This document shows positions 41,566-55,992 of a stretch of 64,000 bases of DNA, piece by piece (positions within the stretch are counted from its first letter, which is position 1; each line of letters starts with the position of its first letter). The DNA comes from Perna viridis (Eukaryota). The translations under genes and the position numbers were made by a program. The stretch is taken from positions 4,100,525 to 4,164,524 of the forward strand of contig CM074523.1 in NCBI GenBank assembly GCA_037379345.1. The letters run 5' to 3'. The notes below the pieces were generated by a model. That model saw only the letters and a list, made by a program, of their open reading frames with translations, was not told the DNA's origin and did no database searches.

Positions 41566-41778
41566 TGACTGTTAAAGTACTTTTAATTGTGGGTACAAAT
41601 TTTCATAGTCTTGGGAAAAATGTTATTTCACAGATTCTTGAATTCATGGATTTGACAAGTCCATCTAACAAATGCATTGGAAATTTCCTCTTCATCAGGA
41701 ACCAAAAGTGGTGGTTTACAAATCTAAGAAAACCGCGAAAATTGATATCCCACGAACAAATTGAAAACTTCCACAGTA
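41566..41778. mobile_element. Degenerate (T)ACTGT...ACAGTA-type MITE
   Basis: gactgttaaagtactttttaattgtgggtacaaattttc ... gaaaattgatatcccacgaac...ccacagta. Similar relics near 1502-1697, 31967-32189 and 36558-36770. Confidence 0.55.
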
Positions 41779-42831
41779 TTAGAATGTGTAGTCTGATTGA
41801 ACCTTGAAAACCACTACGTTACATTTATATTGACATATGATTTTATAGCTTTAAGACATGAAATAAGCTGCCGAGTTAATTTATAAGATCTGTATCTCAA
41901 TATTGTATCATTAAATATATCAGAACATGTATAAATGTAATTGGGTTATAATATTGGCTGGTATTGTTCTAGTTAAGTAGCAGTCTTTATAAAAATCAGA
42001 CAGAAGGTGATTCATGCAGGTCAAAAACCCACCAAATTCAGTTTGGTCTCTGATTCACAATCATTTACAGACCACATAACCAGTCTTCGTTTTTCATTTG
42101 GGTGTTGTACTTTTGAGATAAAATTTATATAGATAGTATATAAATAAGAAATTTGCAAGATTTATTATACTTGATTTTGTCTGATTTTAGTGGGAGATAA
42201 ATGTACGATTTTCTCAAAAGTACAGATCTGAATACAGAATGGACAACCTTTACATAAATAGTATAGCATATGGTGATTGAAAAAGCATTGTTTGTTTGGT
42301 GGTTTTTTCTTCACCATGAATCACTTTAAAAAGGACACTACCTGAATTTTATATGGGCAGGTGCTTAACACTAATTAAAACAGATTGTCAACGTAAAACT
42401 GCATATAACAAAGGCCTTTTTCTGTTTACTGAAAAATATGAAACTATATTAATCTTGGTCAAATAAAAGCGTTTTACAGAGGTTTACAAAAAACACTATT
42501 GTGTCACAAATCCACTTCATAATTGTTTTATGTTAAAGACTATGGAATTTATGAATTTACAGATACCAGGTTAAAGGCAAAGGAAAGGGTAGTAATTACT
42601 AATTGCAACCACTTAACTTCCCTCTTAAAGGGAATTAACAATCTAGAGGATTTTCAAAAACATTATTCACACCCATACCATAGGTGGGATGTGGTAGGGG
42701 TGGGATGTTCAAGGGGTTAGAATGACAACTTTCTCCTGGAAAAAAAAGCATAAAAAAACTGTCAAAATCAGGCTTTAAATTGGTTTAATCACTATGAAAG
42801 TTGGGAATATTTCTTTCAAATAAACTCTCAC

Positions 42832-42885
42832 CAAAAAAAACCCCAAAGAAGTTCTGACAATAGGCCTTACACAATTACAAGCCAT
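42832..42885 (-). CDS. Candidate alternative first coding exon end: MACNCVRPIVRTSLGFFL, phase 0
   Basis: ATGGCTTGT...TTTTTG|gtgaga. 18 open codons, but the frame passes through homopolymer runs. Confidence 0.25.
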
Positions 42886-45800
42886 GAACCCTGATTAAAG
42901 TTGCCCACTCTCTCCAAGCTCTTGGCTATAACATGGTATCAAACAAATACAATAATCCCAGTTAAGCTCTGGTCACTTTCATACACTGAACTTTCCCATG
43001 AAACATCAACTACATGTAATCCCTCCCTCCAATAAAATACTGTAGAACTCTTTGATGGTAGTGCTGTAGGATTAGATATGTCATGTCCAATCTGTGCCTC
43101 CCACTTATGGTCATGTTTGCATAGGGCTCAAGTCTCAATCATTTTATTAAATACTTAGTGTAATATTGGTCCGAGCTAATAAAGGGCCACTTCAAATGGA
43201 CATGGTTGAATCAGAAATAGTGCAGAAAAGAACATTGAAATGGACCAACTTTGAATAGAAAACAAGAGAGAGTGTCACCTAATGCAGAATTCAGGTGTCT
43301 GAATCAATGAAAAAAAATATAAAGAAAAGGCCCAAGTCTCAGGGAAATAGCCATTTGAAACAGTCCTGTCTGATGTAATTTTAAGGACTGATGCACTGTT
43401 ATATATGAATAGACTAAAAGGATTAGGGTCCATACTATATAAATTGCAAATGCCATTTTCCTAACTGTATTATTGACTTAAAGATACAAATCAGTACCAA
43501 AGGTCAGAAAGTCAAGCTGAATAACTCCCCACATTATATTTAACATGCCCTATAGAAGAGAATAGTGACTAATTGTGATTGATGACACACCAGTACTTAA
43601 ACTGTTTTGACCAGTTTAGGGTTTATACGGCTGATATTTCAAAAGACCTTTTGAAACAGTGTTGGTCTAAACGGGAATTTCAGAAAAGTTTAAACCATCA
43701 ACTAAAAGTCTTAAAAACAGATTTCCACACTGATATATAAAATCTTGACTCAATGATACAAATCTGTACTTACAAGGTCATAAGATCAATTTGGATAACC
43801 ATTGCCTGATTTCTGAGGATCTAAATTGATAACTCACCAGAGGTCAATGAGAAAATTGGCCTGTACAGGGAAAAAAACAGTGATTTTTTTTTATTTTTGC
43901 AATAAGTTCTTGACTTTGTCAGTTCATGAATTATTTGATATGTCCCTCCAATTTGTGATTATGAGTTTGGTAATTTTGTTAGAAATGCATTACGTTCATT
44001 TACAATGGAACCAAAAAAAAAGGCTTGCTGTAGTTACTATATAAGCCAGACTTTATGTGTTGGATAATAACATACACACAAACTGACAGCCTTATGTAGG
44101 TAGAAAAGACAAATACTGGGTCCCTGTTGTGAAGGAGACAATTGACTTGGTTGAAGTACCAGCAGTATTTATTTTGGTGTGGCCTTTGGGATGTTTGTGA
44201 GCTCTTAAAAAGGTCCTTAAACTTGAATTGATTTGACAGAAAAGTAAACAAATTAGAGGTCAAGATGTTGTTTTGTAATCTAATTTATTTACTGTGATGC
44301 AACTAAGTGTTTGTTTTATATGGGATTATGACCAAAATAGGTAAATAAATTACATGAACCATCTGGGATATTTCAAGTACTAAAACTATTTAGGCAGTGT
44401 GTGAAATACTGCCCACAAAAATAATTCAGGGTGGTTTATTTTGCCTTGCATAGATAGGAATGTCAAATTGCACCCATTGTTTTGCTAGATACCCAGATCA
44501 TTCAAAAGTGAAAAGTGGTAGCAAAGTCTCTCAAATTAGGAAATAGATATCAGATAACTTACAAAGTATGCCTCATGTTGAAAACCTTACGGTGATCTCT
44601 GTAGTTATTTTGTAGTTAGGTTATACAATGGTGCATTTGTTACATTGTACCATATCCATTCTTTTTTTCTATCATCTATATAAAGTCACGTTTCATATTT
44701 GACACGTCAATTCTTTGGGAGATGAGACAAAATTGTGACAGAATTACAGATGGCAGGACCAAGTGATTTCACTATACCACCCAATAGTTGAGTGGAGGTA
44801 CAATTAACAAAAAGAAGCAGACCTGAAAACTACAATGATATTCCATGATACAACCATCTGTTAGAATGTCACAGTACTCTGAGGAAACTGGTGAGACTTT
44901 ACTAGTAACATGCATATTTACAGCAGGATACCATTATCAAAATACATGTAGATTTTTAATGACAGAATTACATGCATCTGGCTAATGGACAACTCGTGTA
45001 CAGCACTGTTGTAAATTTAACGAAACATTAAAATAGTCAGGTGATATATCGGTGACAAATTTGACAAGGTTCGTAACAGTTTTGATTTGAACAAATTTGT
45101 TCAAATGATAAAATTGATAATGATAATTTAGATAATGGTAAAATCTTATATTTGACAGAAAACCATTAGGTCCATAAGAATGAACAAATAAAGATCAGAT
45201 CATTTATATGATAGACCTGATATATGCTGGATTGCCCCATGTTTCCCATAGCAGGATTATCACTAAAATAGGCAGAGCACATTATCAACTCAGTTGAGCA
45301 AATTTGTACCTTTAATAAAATTGATAAGTTCCTGTGTAAAACCAACTATATTACATGCAAATAATTACAATTGGACATGACTGGTGTTACCTGTTTGCCA
45401 AGCTATGTTGACTAAAGGATATTTATCATTATGGGATAGATCATTATCGCTTTATGATGTGAAATAATTGTCAAGTGTTGAACAGTAGAAGAGCTACATC
45501 ATAAAACTAAAGTCAGGCTGTGTGAAGTAAACTCTCCTTTTTGTACATGACTATATTGCTACTATAATCGTTTTTGAACATATATTTTATGTTGGAAAAT
45601 GGAAGAACAATAACTCATGGGTTACTAACTCTGGTGGTTTTTGAGGTTTGGACAAACAAAACTTTTTAAGTCCTAACAAAATGGTAAAATATTTGTTTCA
45701 AACTTCCTTGACCTAATTAAATTCACAGAATATTGTATGAATTTTTTTTTTTTTAAAAACACTGCAGGAAAATTAGCATCCAAGAATACAACTACCTTCA

Positions 45801-47199
45801 CAGTATGAGCTTAAAATATTATGCTCAAAACAAAGAAAATTATAGCTGTATAGACCTATAGTTAGAAAGATACATGCAGACAGTTTCTTCCAAAAAATTT
45901 CAGAGGAACAACCACGACTACACCAGTATTTCAGCCTTTTAAAGAAAGCTCTGAAAAATTTCAATCATACACTCATTTAGTAGTTCTACTGCTGACGATA
46001 GGTTCCTACATGAAAACTGTGTACAATGAAATTTGTAATATTCATATGACTGCTATTTTTGTATCTTGCGATTTTTCTGATCTGACAATAAAAATATTCG
46101 GACTAGAAAGATTTTCAAGGCGCCAAGGCAGCTAGATCCCCAGAACATTCTGGCCCAAACAAGGCTCAAGTTGACTGGGAATTGTGTTACCACAATGCAG
46201 TCTCTCCATGAAGATGACCATGTGCTTTTTAAGTGACACTGTCATATTTTCTGTTAAACTGAATTGATATTTCATATCAAAACATCTAGATTGGGTAACA
46301 AAAAGATGTATCAAATGAAAACTTGTCAAAAATCTGAAAAATGACTACACAATGACCACCCTTATTGATCTGACGTACCAATAAAATTAGACATATTCAT
46401 TTCAGACTGATAACAATCAGGATATCAAATATAATTTCATTTCAAACAAAAGTCATTCATAAATATTTCCACCATTATCTACAAATCAGTTCGGGTGGCC
46501 ATTATGGGCTCTGACACTAGAATGTTTGCTTTCATCGATAGAATTTTAATATTTATATAATTTGGACTATTAACAATTACTTGATGGCAGTAACCATTGT
46601 AAGATCACCCAATACAAAAAAAAAAAAATAATTTCCGTCAGCCAATTTTCACAATGGCATCCAGTTTTCTGTCAATGATAAATTGACAAATTTTTGTGAA
46701 GTTGTCAAACTCTATTACTATCTAGATAACATTTTGTATGAGCACAAATTTAATCAGGAACTGGCAGGTCTATATATAACAAGTTTGTGTTTTGCTTGCT
46801 AAAAGGTATCAAAAAGGCATGCCTCCTCATCAAGTTCCTATTATATGCTTAAGTATATATCGTACCCTAGCTTAAACCAACTACCAAGTTCCATGAAATT
46901 GTCTTCAGTAGTGTCAAAGGAGGGGTCCAAGTAAGTGTTAGTCTGAGGTATGGGACCATGAATTTCTGACCAATGAACATTTTAATTGCATTAACTAGCA
47001 CCTGGACCCATGACACTTTTCATTGACACTTTTGGTTTTCAAGTAGACCATTGAATCCAAACTTGGAATAGTTAATTTGAACCTCTAAAAAGGTGTGCTT
47101 AATAAATGAGTGACAGACAGGGCAAATATAATATGTGTGCTCATGAAAGTCATTAAATGCAAAGGTCAGTAGATGAGAAATGCTTTAAAGCCAGATCCT

Positions 47200-47485
47200 T
47201 ACAAGGGAGAGGTCACATGGATGAGATGGCAGAGGTGGACATAGGAGAAAAGGTAGAGATCACATTGTTGAGATGGCAGAACTGGAAGTAGTACAAGGGA
47301 GAGGTCACCTTGTTGAGATGGAAGAGGTGGAAGTAGGAGTACAAGGGAGAGATCACATTGTTGAGATAGAAGAGGTGGAAGTAAGAGTACAAGGGAGAGA
47401 TCAAATTGTTGAGATGGCAGAAGTGGAAGTAGGAGTACAAGGGAGAGGTCACATTGTTGAGATGGAAGAGGTGGAAGTAGGAGTA
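47200..47485. repeat. 48-bp purine-rich minisatellite, ~6 copies
   Basis: tacaagggagaggtcacattgttgagatggaagaggtggaagtaggag. Confidence 0.92.
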
Positions 47486-49506
47486 AGTTGAACAATGATA
47501 TACTCAGATAATTGTAAGCTGTAGCAATTCAAGGATTTCAGAACAGCTTTTTAGCAGTTTATTGGGAATTTGAATTCATTGTTAAATCAAACAACCCCCA
47601 ACTCCCACCCCCTCCCCCCAAAAAAAAAAATAATTCTACACTCAATAATTCTTAAAATAATTCTCTAAGATGCTACCCATGATGCCTTATGAGGTCCAGT
47701 GCTCTAAAATTTCAAAAACTTTCAGTATTCAGTGACTTAGTTTAGCATATAAAATAACTTTTCAAATAAAAAAAAAAAACAAACAAACAAACAAACAAAA
47801 AATCAACCTGAAGAACTTTCATATGTAACTTCCAAAGGCTCAATTTTGCCTCCCAAAAGAAATTGGAAATGTGAATTCTAGAGTCTTGGTACTAATATGG
47901 GTAAATATTTAAAAACATTTCAACATAAATGGCCAGCCTCTGGTAAAACAATGATAAAACAGAGTCTCAGTGATTTATTTCAATTCTAATAAGACTATAG
48001 TTTCTTCGTATTTTTGAATAGACACAGCATATGTGTTACACAGAATGGCTACTGTTTTGAAGTAAAATTCCATTGTGACGTCTGTAAAATTGGATAAAAT
48101 TTATCTGTGACATCACAAAAAAGACCATCATACATCTATGATATTGGTCATCTGTTTATCTACTTTTTTTACTATGGCTGTAGTCTAAAGAACTTTGAAG
48201 CACCTCAAATTAGAATTGACATTTGACCTCTACCTTTCCCTCTTATACTTCTTATGTATTCAGCATAAAGCAACACATGTATCCAAAACAGTACTTAAGC
48301 ATGTAAAATAAACAAAAAAATTAACCGACAAACACTATGAAACTTACGACTGTAACTTTCCCTAGCTCAATTTAACCTGCCACAGGTAATAAAATACTAG
48401 AACCCGGCAAATAGGGATATTATCTGATGGACACTATCAGTGTTTTAGGTTTCTACTTTTCCGTCATGGGGGGCAAGTGAAATTTTGGTGTGTGAAAGTT
48501 GTTTATTATTCTACATTTTCCCTTTGTGGAAAAATTAAATTTTATAAAGGATTTCTCAAGTTCAGAAAGCAGACATTGATAGTGGGAAAATTAGTCTTTG
48601 TTTAAAGCTTTCCCATGGAAACATAAATAATATTTAAATCCTAGAATACAGACATTGTCTTCACATTTCCTTTTTTACTGGTTTCATTCACCATAAAGGC
48701 TACACCTGTATCCAAAACAGCAGTATATGTATAATATTGTTGTTGATAATGTTTCCATTTCAGTCCCACTTCAAGGCACTTCAACAAATGTGTATATTTA
48801 CTCAAACATTTTCTACAACTTTTTTTTTCATTCATGGATTTAATACTGATTGAAAACATATGTTTACCTGATGTTGAAAAGGTTTTCATATTTGTTTAAA
48901 AAATAAACATTTGAATGTTTAACCAGAACTACTAAAGCTCAAGGATAATACTATCATATAAGACCATTCAACAAGAAAGTTTTAACTTTACACTTCAACT
49001 GTATATATTAAAATGGAAATAAATGAAAATTTGGATAAATTCTTGTGTCAACGAACACCATGGCAGGTCTGATTTGGCACCCAATTTTTTTTTAACTTAA
49101 TTTAGTACATGTACACAAATCAAGATTTTTTTGGGTACTATGAACAAGCTGACAATCATGTTTTTAAATTATTCAATTTTACATAATCAGCATAAATTAA
49201 ATCCTTTTAGACTAATCTCATTCAATTCTCATATACATAAGCACTGAAACCTCAAAAATTTTTATTGTCATAAATATAAAACTATTTTCTTCTTGTCATA
49301 AATATAACATTGAAACCTCCAGAAGGTCAAACTGTTTTTGAGATAATTTATTTTCTTTTTTCATAAATATAACATTGAAACCTCAAGAAGGTAAAACTGT
49401 TTTTTGAGATAGTTTATTTATTTTTTTTTGTTTCTTCAGTTGATTTGTTGATGCTGTTTTTGTTTGATAATAAAACACTGATTTGTTGAGTCTGTATTTG
49501 GATCTA

Positions 49507-49555
49507 CTGATTGTTGGGGTTCAACGTCCTAACAGCAATATTTCAGCTATATTCA
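49507..49555 (-). mobile_element. SINE 3' tail fragment
   Basis: gttcaacgtcctaacagcaatatttcagctatat is the reverse complement of the tail type seen at 41413. Confidence 0.55.
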
Positions 49556-50140
49556 AACATAAGAAATATGATTGATTAGTTGGTCTCACAAAAATTGCAA
49601 CTATTTCTCCAGCCAACAACATAAAAGTGCTAAGTATCTGAGGAATTCATATCATAATCCTTAGAAGTGGGTATAGTACATATCACTCAAGGAACAAATT
49701 TTCATATGTATATCATAATCCTTTTTATCATATTTAAAGTATTGGTTATCGTTTTACTTTAACCCATCATCTCTTATGTTAAGTAGGTCAATATTTAATA
49801 TAGATAAAATCTGTCACTGAAATTTTGATTTGATTTCAATTTATTGGAAATCAAACAGTCAGTATGATATAATATAGATCACAGCTAATCAGTGATAAAT
49901 TCATGGGAATATTGATATTGAAATTTGACTTAAGTACTTCTGAACTTAAATAGTCAGAGCTTACAAAAAATTGAGAAGAATAAGAGAATAATCCAAAATG
50001 ATTTCACATTTTTATTTCCAGACAGTTGTTGCTAAAATAAAGATAAGGTAATAATGGAACATATGAAAACTTATTTACTGTACCAAAAAATACTAAGACT
50101 TCACCCTAGTACTAACAGATGACACTGCCACACCTTAAAA

Positions 50141-50945
50141 GAGTAATCAAGGCAACCAAGATCTAAGCAGAAATAAAAATAATATAATCCAAAATAGACA
50201 CACAAAACTATATAAAGTGATGCCTCTGCATTTAACGTTCATACAGCTATATCATAACTCATAATTGTAAAAAGCACTTTGTCAGAAGTGTTATTGTGTC
50301 TGTGAGACACAAATGATGCCCCATCATGTGGTTTTGAGTAAAATTCAGCATAGCTGAACGAAACTTAAACTAAATCTGTAACTAATCATGACAGACTCAC
50401 ATACCAAAAACCAGTCAAATATCTTCAAGCATTTACAAAAAAATGTGAAAAACTAATATTTCAATACAATTTTTAAAGTGCAAGGCCCATTATTTTGGTA
50501 AAACTCAGTGTAGAAGAATGAAACTTATACTCAATTTGTAACTAATCATGACAGACTCACATACCAAAAAGCAGTTCAATATTTTCAAGGGTTTACCAAA
50601 AAAGTGTGGAAAACTGTTATTTCCATGAAATTTTTTAAGTCTAGGGCCCATAACTTTGCTAAAACTCAGCATAGCGAAACAAAACTTTAACTCAATTTGT
50701 AACTAATCATGAAAGACTCACATACAAAAAATCAGTTCAATATCTTCAAGAAGTTTCAAAAAAAGTGCGGAAAACTTATAAGACGGACAGGGGTAAAACA
50801 ATATGCCTCCCAACTTATCGTTGCGGTGGGAATAAAAAACATGAAGTGACCAAAATAAAAGGTACAAAGAAATGACAGTAAAGGAACAACTTGGACTCCA
50901 CTAAAAACAGGGAGCATGGACCAGGTGCATCGGGGAAGGGCAGGT
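50141..50945 (-). mobile_element. Third copy of the 35439 family, split by a nested insertion
   Basis: 50141-50208 matches one end (gagtaatcaaggcaaccaag) and 50835-50945 matches the rest (ggactcc...ggagcatggaccaggtgca). Confidence 0.7.
50290..50838 (+). mobile_element. HINE/Helentron-like element with ~3 x 160-bp internal repeats
   Basis: 5' gtgtctgtgagacacaaatgatgcccc. tgtaactaatcatga at 50377, 50537, 50698. 3' gacggacagg, tcccaac...gtgggaataaaaaa. Confidence 0.75.
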
Positions 50946-51474
50946 GAGGTGGCAGTCACAGAGTTTGCATTATGTTATATAAGTAATTAACAAATACAAC
51001 ATAAAAAATGAATTCAATGACTAAATTTCACTTTTTTTCCACTGTTTAAACATGATTGAACAGGATTTTTCACAAAACCATTTCCGTTACTTATTACTGC
51101 CTGGGTTGTATTAGCAGCATCAGACACACAAATTTATGATGCCATATATTGATTCTAATCAGAACCCTAAAAAGAATTGGATATAACTACTAATCCTGTA
51201 AGATCTGGATCTTAAAATGTTCATTATGGACTAATAAACATTTCTGTACCAAAAGGTTTGTAGAAGTTTTGGGATCAACAAAGTTAGAAAATGATGATAT
51301 CACACCTGCCAACAAGTGAACATCAAAGGGATCTTAACCTTTGATCTTAGGGGAAGGACAGGTAAACAACAAGCAAGGTGTGAAAGGAGGGATCACAGAC
51401 AGGACTCGTTCACAGTTTACAGTGGACACTAACTTAAGTAAAGTCTGAGTAGCAGACTCTACACAAAGACATAC

Positions 51475-51531
51475 CCTAGTTGTCAGAATTAAGTAAATAA
51501 GAAATACAACTAGGAATATTACAAAAGGCAT
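51475..51531 (-). CDS. Weak candidate first exon end: MPFVIFLVVFLIYLILTTR (hydrophobic), phase 0
   Basis: First 19 codons of ORF 51334..51531, followed by AGG|gtatgt. Confidence 0.2.
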
Positions 51532-54359
51532 GCCTAGGTTGACAGATTGACAAAAGAAGGGTTACAGGATTACATAAAACAAAAACTAAGAGATATACAG
51601 AATCAAGTAAAAGTTAGGAAACAAAAATCATGTACAAACTATGAACAGTTCATGCTTAAATATACAATACATGTAGTCTTCAGGTACACAAAATAACTAG
51701 CAGATAAGAATAATGTTAGCCATACAGAATGACCACAGTTTAGAAGTTGAAACTGGAAATATCACAGTGATGCTGTAGGACTGTATGCGATGTTTTTTTT
51801 CCTCGTAACTGACTTTCTTCTGATTATTGTCAATTTCACAGTCAATATGACAGAACATTGTCAATGGAAATTGCTGAAGTATTTCAGAATCTCGACAGTA
51901 GCCCGAGATATAAAATATCAGGCATTAAGAACAACTGAAATCAATTATGTTGCTGATAAAACATTTTATCTCCCAGTAGTTGCACCTAAACATATAATTT
52001 ACTGTTATCAGAAAAAAAATGCAAAATAAGTCTATATACATCTAGTCACCACACTTATGTATCTAATATAGATAATCATTAGGAAACAATCGGATACTTT
52101 TTAGGAACTTGTGTTTCATTTTTCTGTTGCTGAAATATGACACTGGGTGATGATAGTGGACAACACTAAGTGTTTACAAAGCAGGATTTATTCACAAGGA
52201 ATTGTGGACAAAATAAAGTGAAGTCTGGGTTGCAGACCTGATTACAAAGGGCATGCTCTTATTGCTATAGAAACGAACTCTGGTTAAGCAAATAAAAAAG
52301 ATATGTATAATGTTGGCCATATCTAATGTCTCTTTTCTCTTTATATTGTCTTTGTCCCACCACATCTAATATTTAGTAATTGCCTTTGTTTGATGTACCT
52401 GCCATATCTATGTTGCCTAAATGTGAAAGTGAAGTGATGAAAGAAAAGGTGAGAATCAGGATAAATTGACAGCTTACTGTGGACACACACTCTAGTCTGG
52501 ACCAAAGGCCAACCAAGAACATTCCTTATGTACTAAATTGAGCTAGAATGATGGTGAAAATCATAAGGCATGTGCTTAACAAGTTTATATTATAACAATA
52601 TAAGTTCCAGTTTGACTGGTCACATGTTTAACAACTTTATATCAACAATGAAGTCAAATGCACCTTATGCAAAAGTGGCTCTCGCAGACCTTGCTAATTT
52701 CATTCAATCATATAGCTTAGCTTTATCAGTCTAGTATGTTCTTACCTTTTATTTTACTCAGTAAATTAATTTATATATCAGTACTCATTTAAAATTTTAG
52801 CTTGCTTTGATTAGTTTATCAGTGTGCTTTTTATGTAGTGCTAAGGATAGGCAGGTAGGTAGTTAAATTTTGTATTTCAAAAACATTTTACATTGAGTTA
52901 ATGGGGAAACAACCTAGACTTAAGCCAAATTGGGCATACAAAGTTTAGAGTAGGTAGGGTAGCAGTAAAGAAACATAATATGTTTTTGGCCTGATGGTAG
53001 TATAAACCACTGAATGTGGCCAGTCTGTAGATCCCCTTACTTCAACTTGTTACAATTAATATTTGGGGAGTGTTATCTGGAAACACAAATACCTCTTAGG
53101 AGAAAGGTCATAGGTTACGTGGGTCAATAGAACTAATGGGTCTAATGGAGACATGGGACATAACTCTGTTGCACAGGTCATCAGAGTTGATTGCTTCCCA
53201 TTAAATGTTCATATCTAAGTTGCTGAAATTTGTGTTGAAATTTATGGAAATGTACTTGTCAAAAAGGTTAGCCAATGCAAACTAACTGTAATTAAAGGCT
53301 TTGGAGCCTAATGTCAGGAAACCAGTTGGTAGGTTTGACAATTATTTTGTCGATTTTGTTTATGAAGGGATATTTACTGTTCTAAGTTCAAATCATGCAC
53401 CAGCACATTACAGGAGAGGTGTTTTCAAAGTCTAATAAAATTCATGCTCCTGCACTCAGTTTTCTGTTTACAACTTTATATGTTGATTGGTAGGTATTGT
53501 AGATTTTTTTTAGTTAAAAATTGACAATAATAAAAATTTTGTCTATAGAAAAATAACATTGTTTATTGCATATATAACTTTCTCAAAGAAATATGCTAAA
53601 AACAGAAACCCTTACAAAAAGTTTTTAAATGAAGAAAATCTTTACCCAGTAGATAGGGGTTCTTAGTCAGCAGATATCTAAGAATTTTAATGGCAGTAAA
53701 ATATTTTACCTATATGCACTCTTTAAGGCTTAATCAGCAGACCATTTTTGCTTTATAAAAAGTACTTTCTTTAGGTTACTATAGACTTCCATGTGGTCAT
53801 CAGCTGTTACACTTACCTCTTTTTCTACACATTTTTAGAATATTTACTGGTTGTAACATATGTCAAAGTGTTATATAAACGTAAAATTAATTTCTTTTTA
53901 TACAATAATTATTTACATATTTTACCTAGATATTATTGATTGTAAATAAAAGTATGTATACCATGATATTGTTATTTATACAATGTATCATAAATATGTG
54001 TTTAAGCATGAGAAATAGATTTACACCAAGAAAATGTGTTTGTACATGGTGAACTTTGACCATGATGTAGCCAACTGATTCAAAAGGACTAGTATAGTGA
54101 AAAATGCTAATATTCAATAAATTTGATTGGAAGTGCTCACTTGAAATTGAAATAACATGTATGCTACATGTAAATGCAGCTATAATAAATTAAAACTTGT
54201 AGCTTTAGATTTTTTTTATTGAAACCACATAATTAAGAAAAGGCAAAAGTGTAATTATTAAAAAAAAACAAAAACAAAAACAAAAAAATAATTAAGTCAT
54301 TACAGCATATACATAGAAAAGTATAACCTGAGAATACAAAAGGCATTCTAGTTCAAATT

Positions 54360-54661
54360 TTGAGTTGTCATATGTTGTCTGTCAACCCCAGGTCCACATG
54401 ATTGAGTTGTCATATGTTGCCAGACAACCCCAGGTCCACATGATAGAGTTGTCATATGTTGCCAGACAACCCCAGGTCCACATGATTGAGTTGTCATATG
54501 TTGCCAGACAACCCCAGGTCCACATGATTGAGTTGTCATATGTTGCCAGACAATCCCAGGTCCACACGACTGAGTTGTCATATGTTGCCAGACAACCCCA
54601 GGTCCACATGATTGAGTTGTCATATGTTGTCAGACAACCCCAGGTCCACATGATTGAGTTG
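54360..54661. repeat. 42-bp minisatellite, ~7 copies
   Basis: tgagttgtcatatgttgccagacaaccccaggtccacatgat. Confidence 0.97.
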
Positions 54662-54787
54662 ATTTTTCTTAAAATACTTCATATAAAAAATATAACATTT
54701 TTTTGCTTTCAGGGAACCAATCATAACTTTCTGATTTTCTAACCCTGGAGCATTAAACTGAAATTAGTAAAGTTGGGAATATTTTTA

Positions 54788-55260
54788 CAGTAAAACCTGT
54801 ATAAACTAAACACTGAATAACCAATCACCTGTCTAAACTGAACACCGAATAACCAAACACCTGTATAAACTGAACACCGAATAACCAAATGCCTGTCTAA
54901 ACTGAACCCTGAATAATCATAAACCTGTTGAAAATGAATCCTGACCTGAATAATTATAAACCTGTTTAAACTGAACCCTGAATAACCAAACACCTGTCTA
55001 AACTGAACCCTGAATAATCAAACACCTGTCTAATATGAACACTGAATAATCAATCACCTGTATAAACTGAACCTTGAATAATCAAACACCTGTTTAAACT
55101 GAACACTGAATAATCATAAATCTGTTTAGAATGAACCCTGAATAATCATAAGTCTGTTTAAAATGAACCCTGAATAAACAAACACCTTTCTAAAATGAAC
55201 CCTGAATAATCAGTAAAATCTAAAATGAACAAATATTTCAGACTTAGAAAGGTTACACTG
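54788..55260. mobile_element. TA-flanked Tc1/mariner-type MITE containing ~13 x 32-bp tandem units
   Basis: ta|CAGTAAAACCTGTATAA ... TTAGAAAGGTTACACTG|ta. Unit is acctgtNtaaactgaacNctgaataaYcaaac. Confidence 0.8.
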
Positions 55261-55543
55261 TAAAAAATGGAACTTTTAAAATATTAAAGGTGTCTTGGTA
55301 TTTTAGTCTTAACCCAACTAGATGGAGAGTTCTAGTTTTAATACAAGGTAAATTACTATAATTTGAGGACAGTTCCCAGTTCAACTCTGACTTGAATAGG
55401 TGTTCTAAAGAAAATTTAAAATGCAAATTTGATCCTGACCCTTTAACAGTCCTTGTTTCAATATTAAATAAAAAAACCCTACCCTCTTGTCACTCAAACT
55501 CAAAGTCAGTCCTCATCTCAACTTATATCCTGAATAGGTAGAA

Positions 55544-55708
55544 CAGTGGCATATAAAAAAAGAAGAGGTGTGACCCAGGGTTCCTCAGAAAAAGGGGATG
55601 CTAGGACATCATATGCCATTTTTTTGTAGAATTTATACATGAAAATGACAAATTTTCCAATGAAAAGAAGGTGCCCACTCCTGCACCCCTCCTCTGGATC
55701 TGGCACTG
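55544..55708. mobile_element. Degenerate CAGTGGC...GCACTG MITE
   Basis: cagtggcatat ... cccctcctctggatctggcactg. Confidence 0.5.
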
Positions 55709-55934
55709 TAGACATGTGTTCATTTAATGCAATATTTAACAAAAAATACTTAAAGTATTATGACCTTTACGATTGGTACTTAGTATGTAACTAATAATGG
55801 ATTACAGAGTATAATCCGTTCTTTCTGTCTATCTAGACCAAAAGTCTACAGATCAGGCTCCAATCACTCTCCTATAAGGACAAATATCAAATATAATATA
55901 ACTTTGTAAGTCATTAGAATCAGTTATATAGATC

Positions 55935-55992
55935 ACAAGCCTGACTGATGTGGGATTAGACTACAAGCCTGACTGATGTGGGATTAGACTAC
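55935..55992. repeat. 28-bp tandem duplication
   Basis: acaagcctgactgatgtgggattagact x2. Confidence 0.95.

Noticed and set aside
12972-42682. Bare ATG|gtatg or ATG|gtaat junctions near 12978, 18156, 23877, 32696, 42679
   Set aside because: Weaker donors where the ATG itself supplies the exon-end match, so they are too likely by chance.
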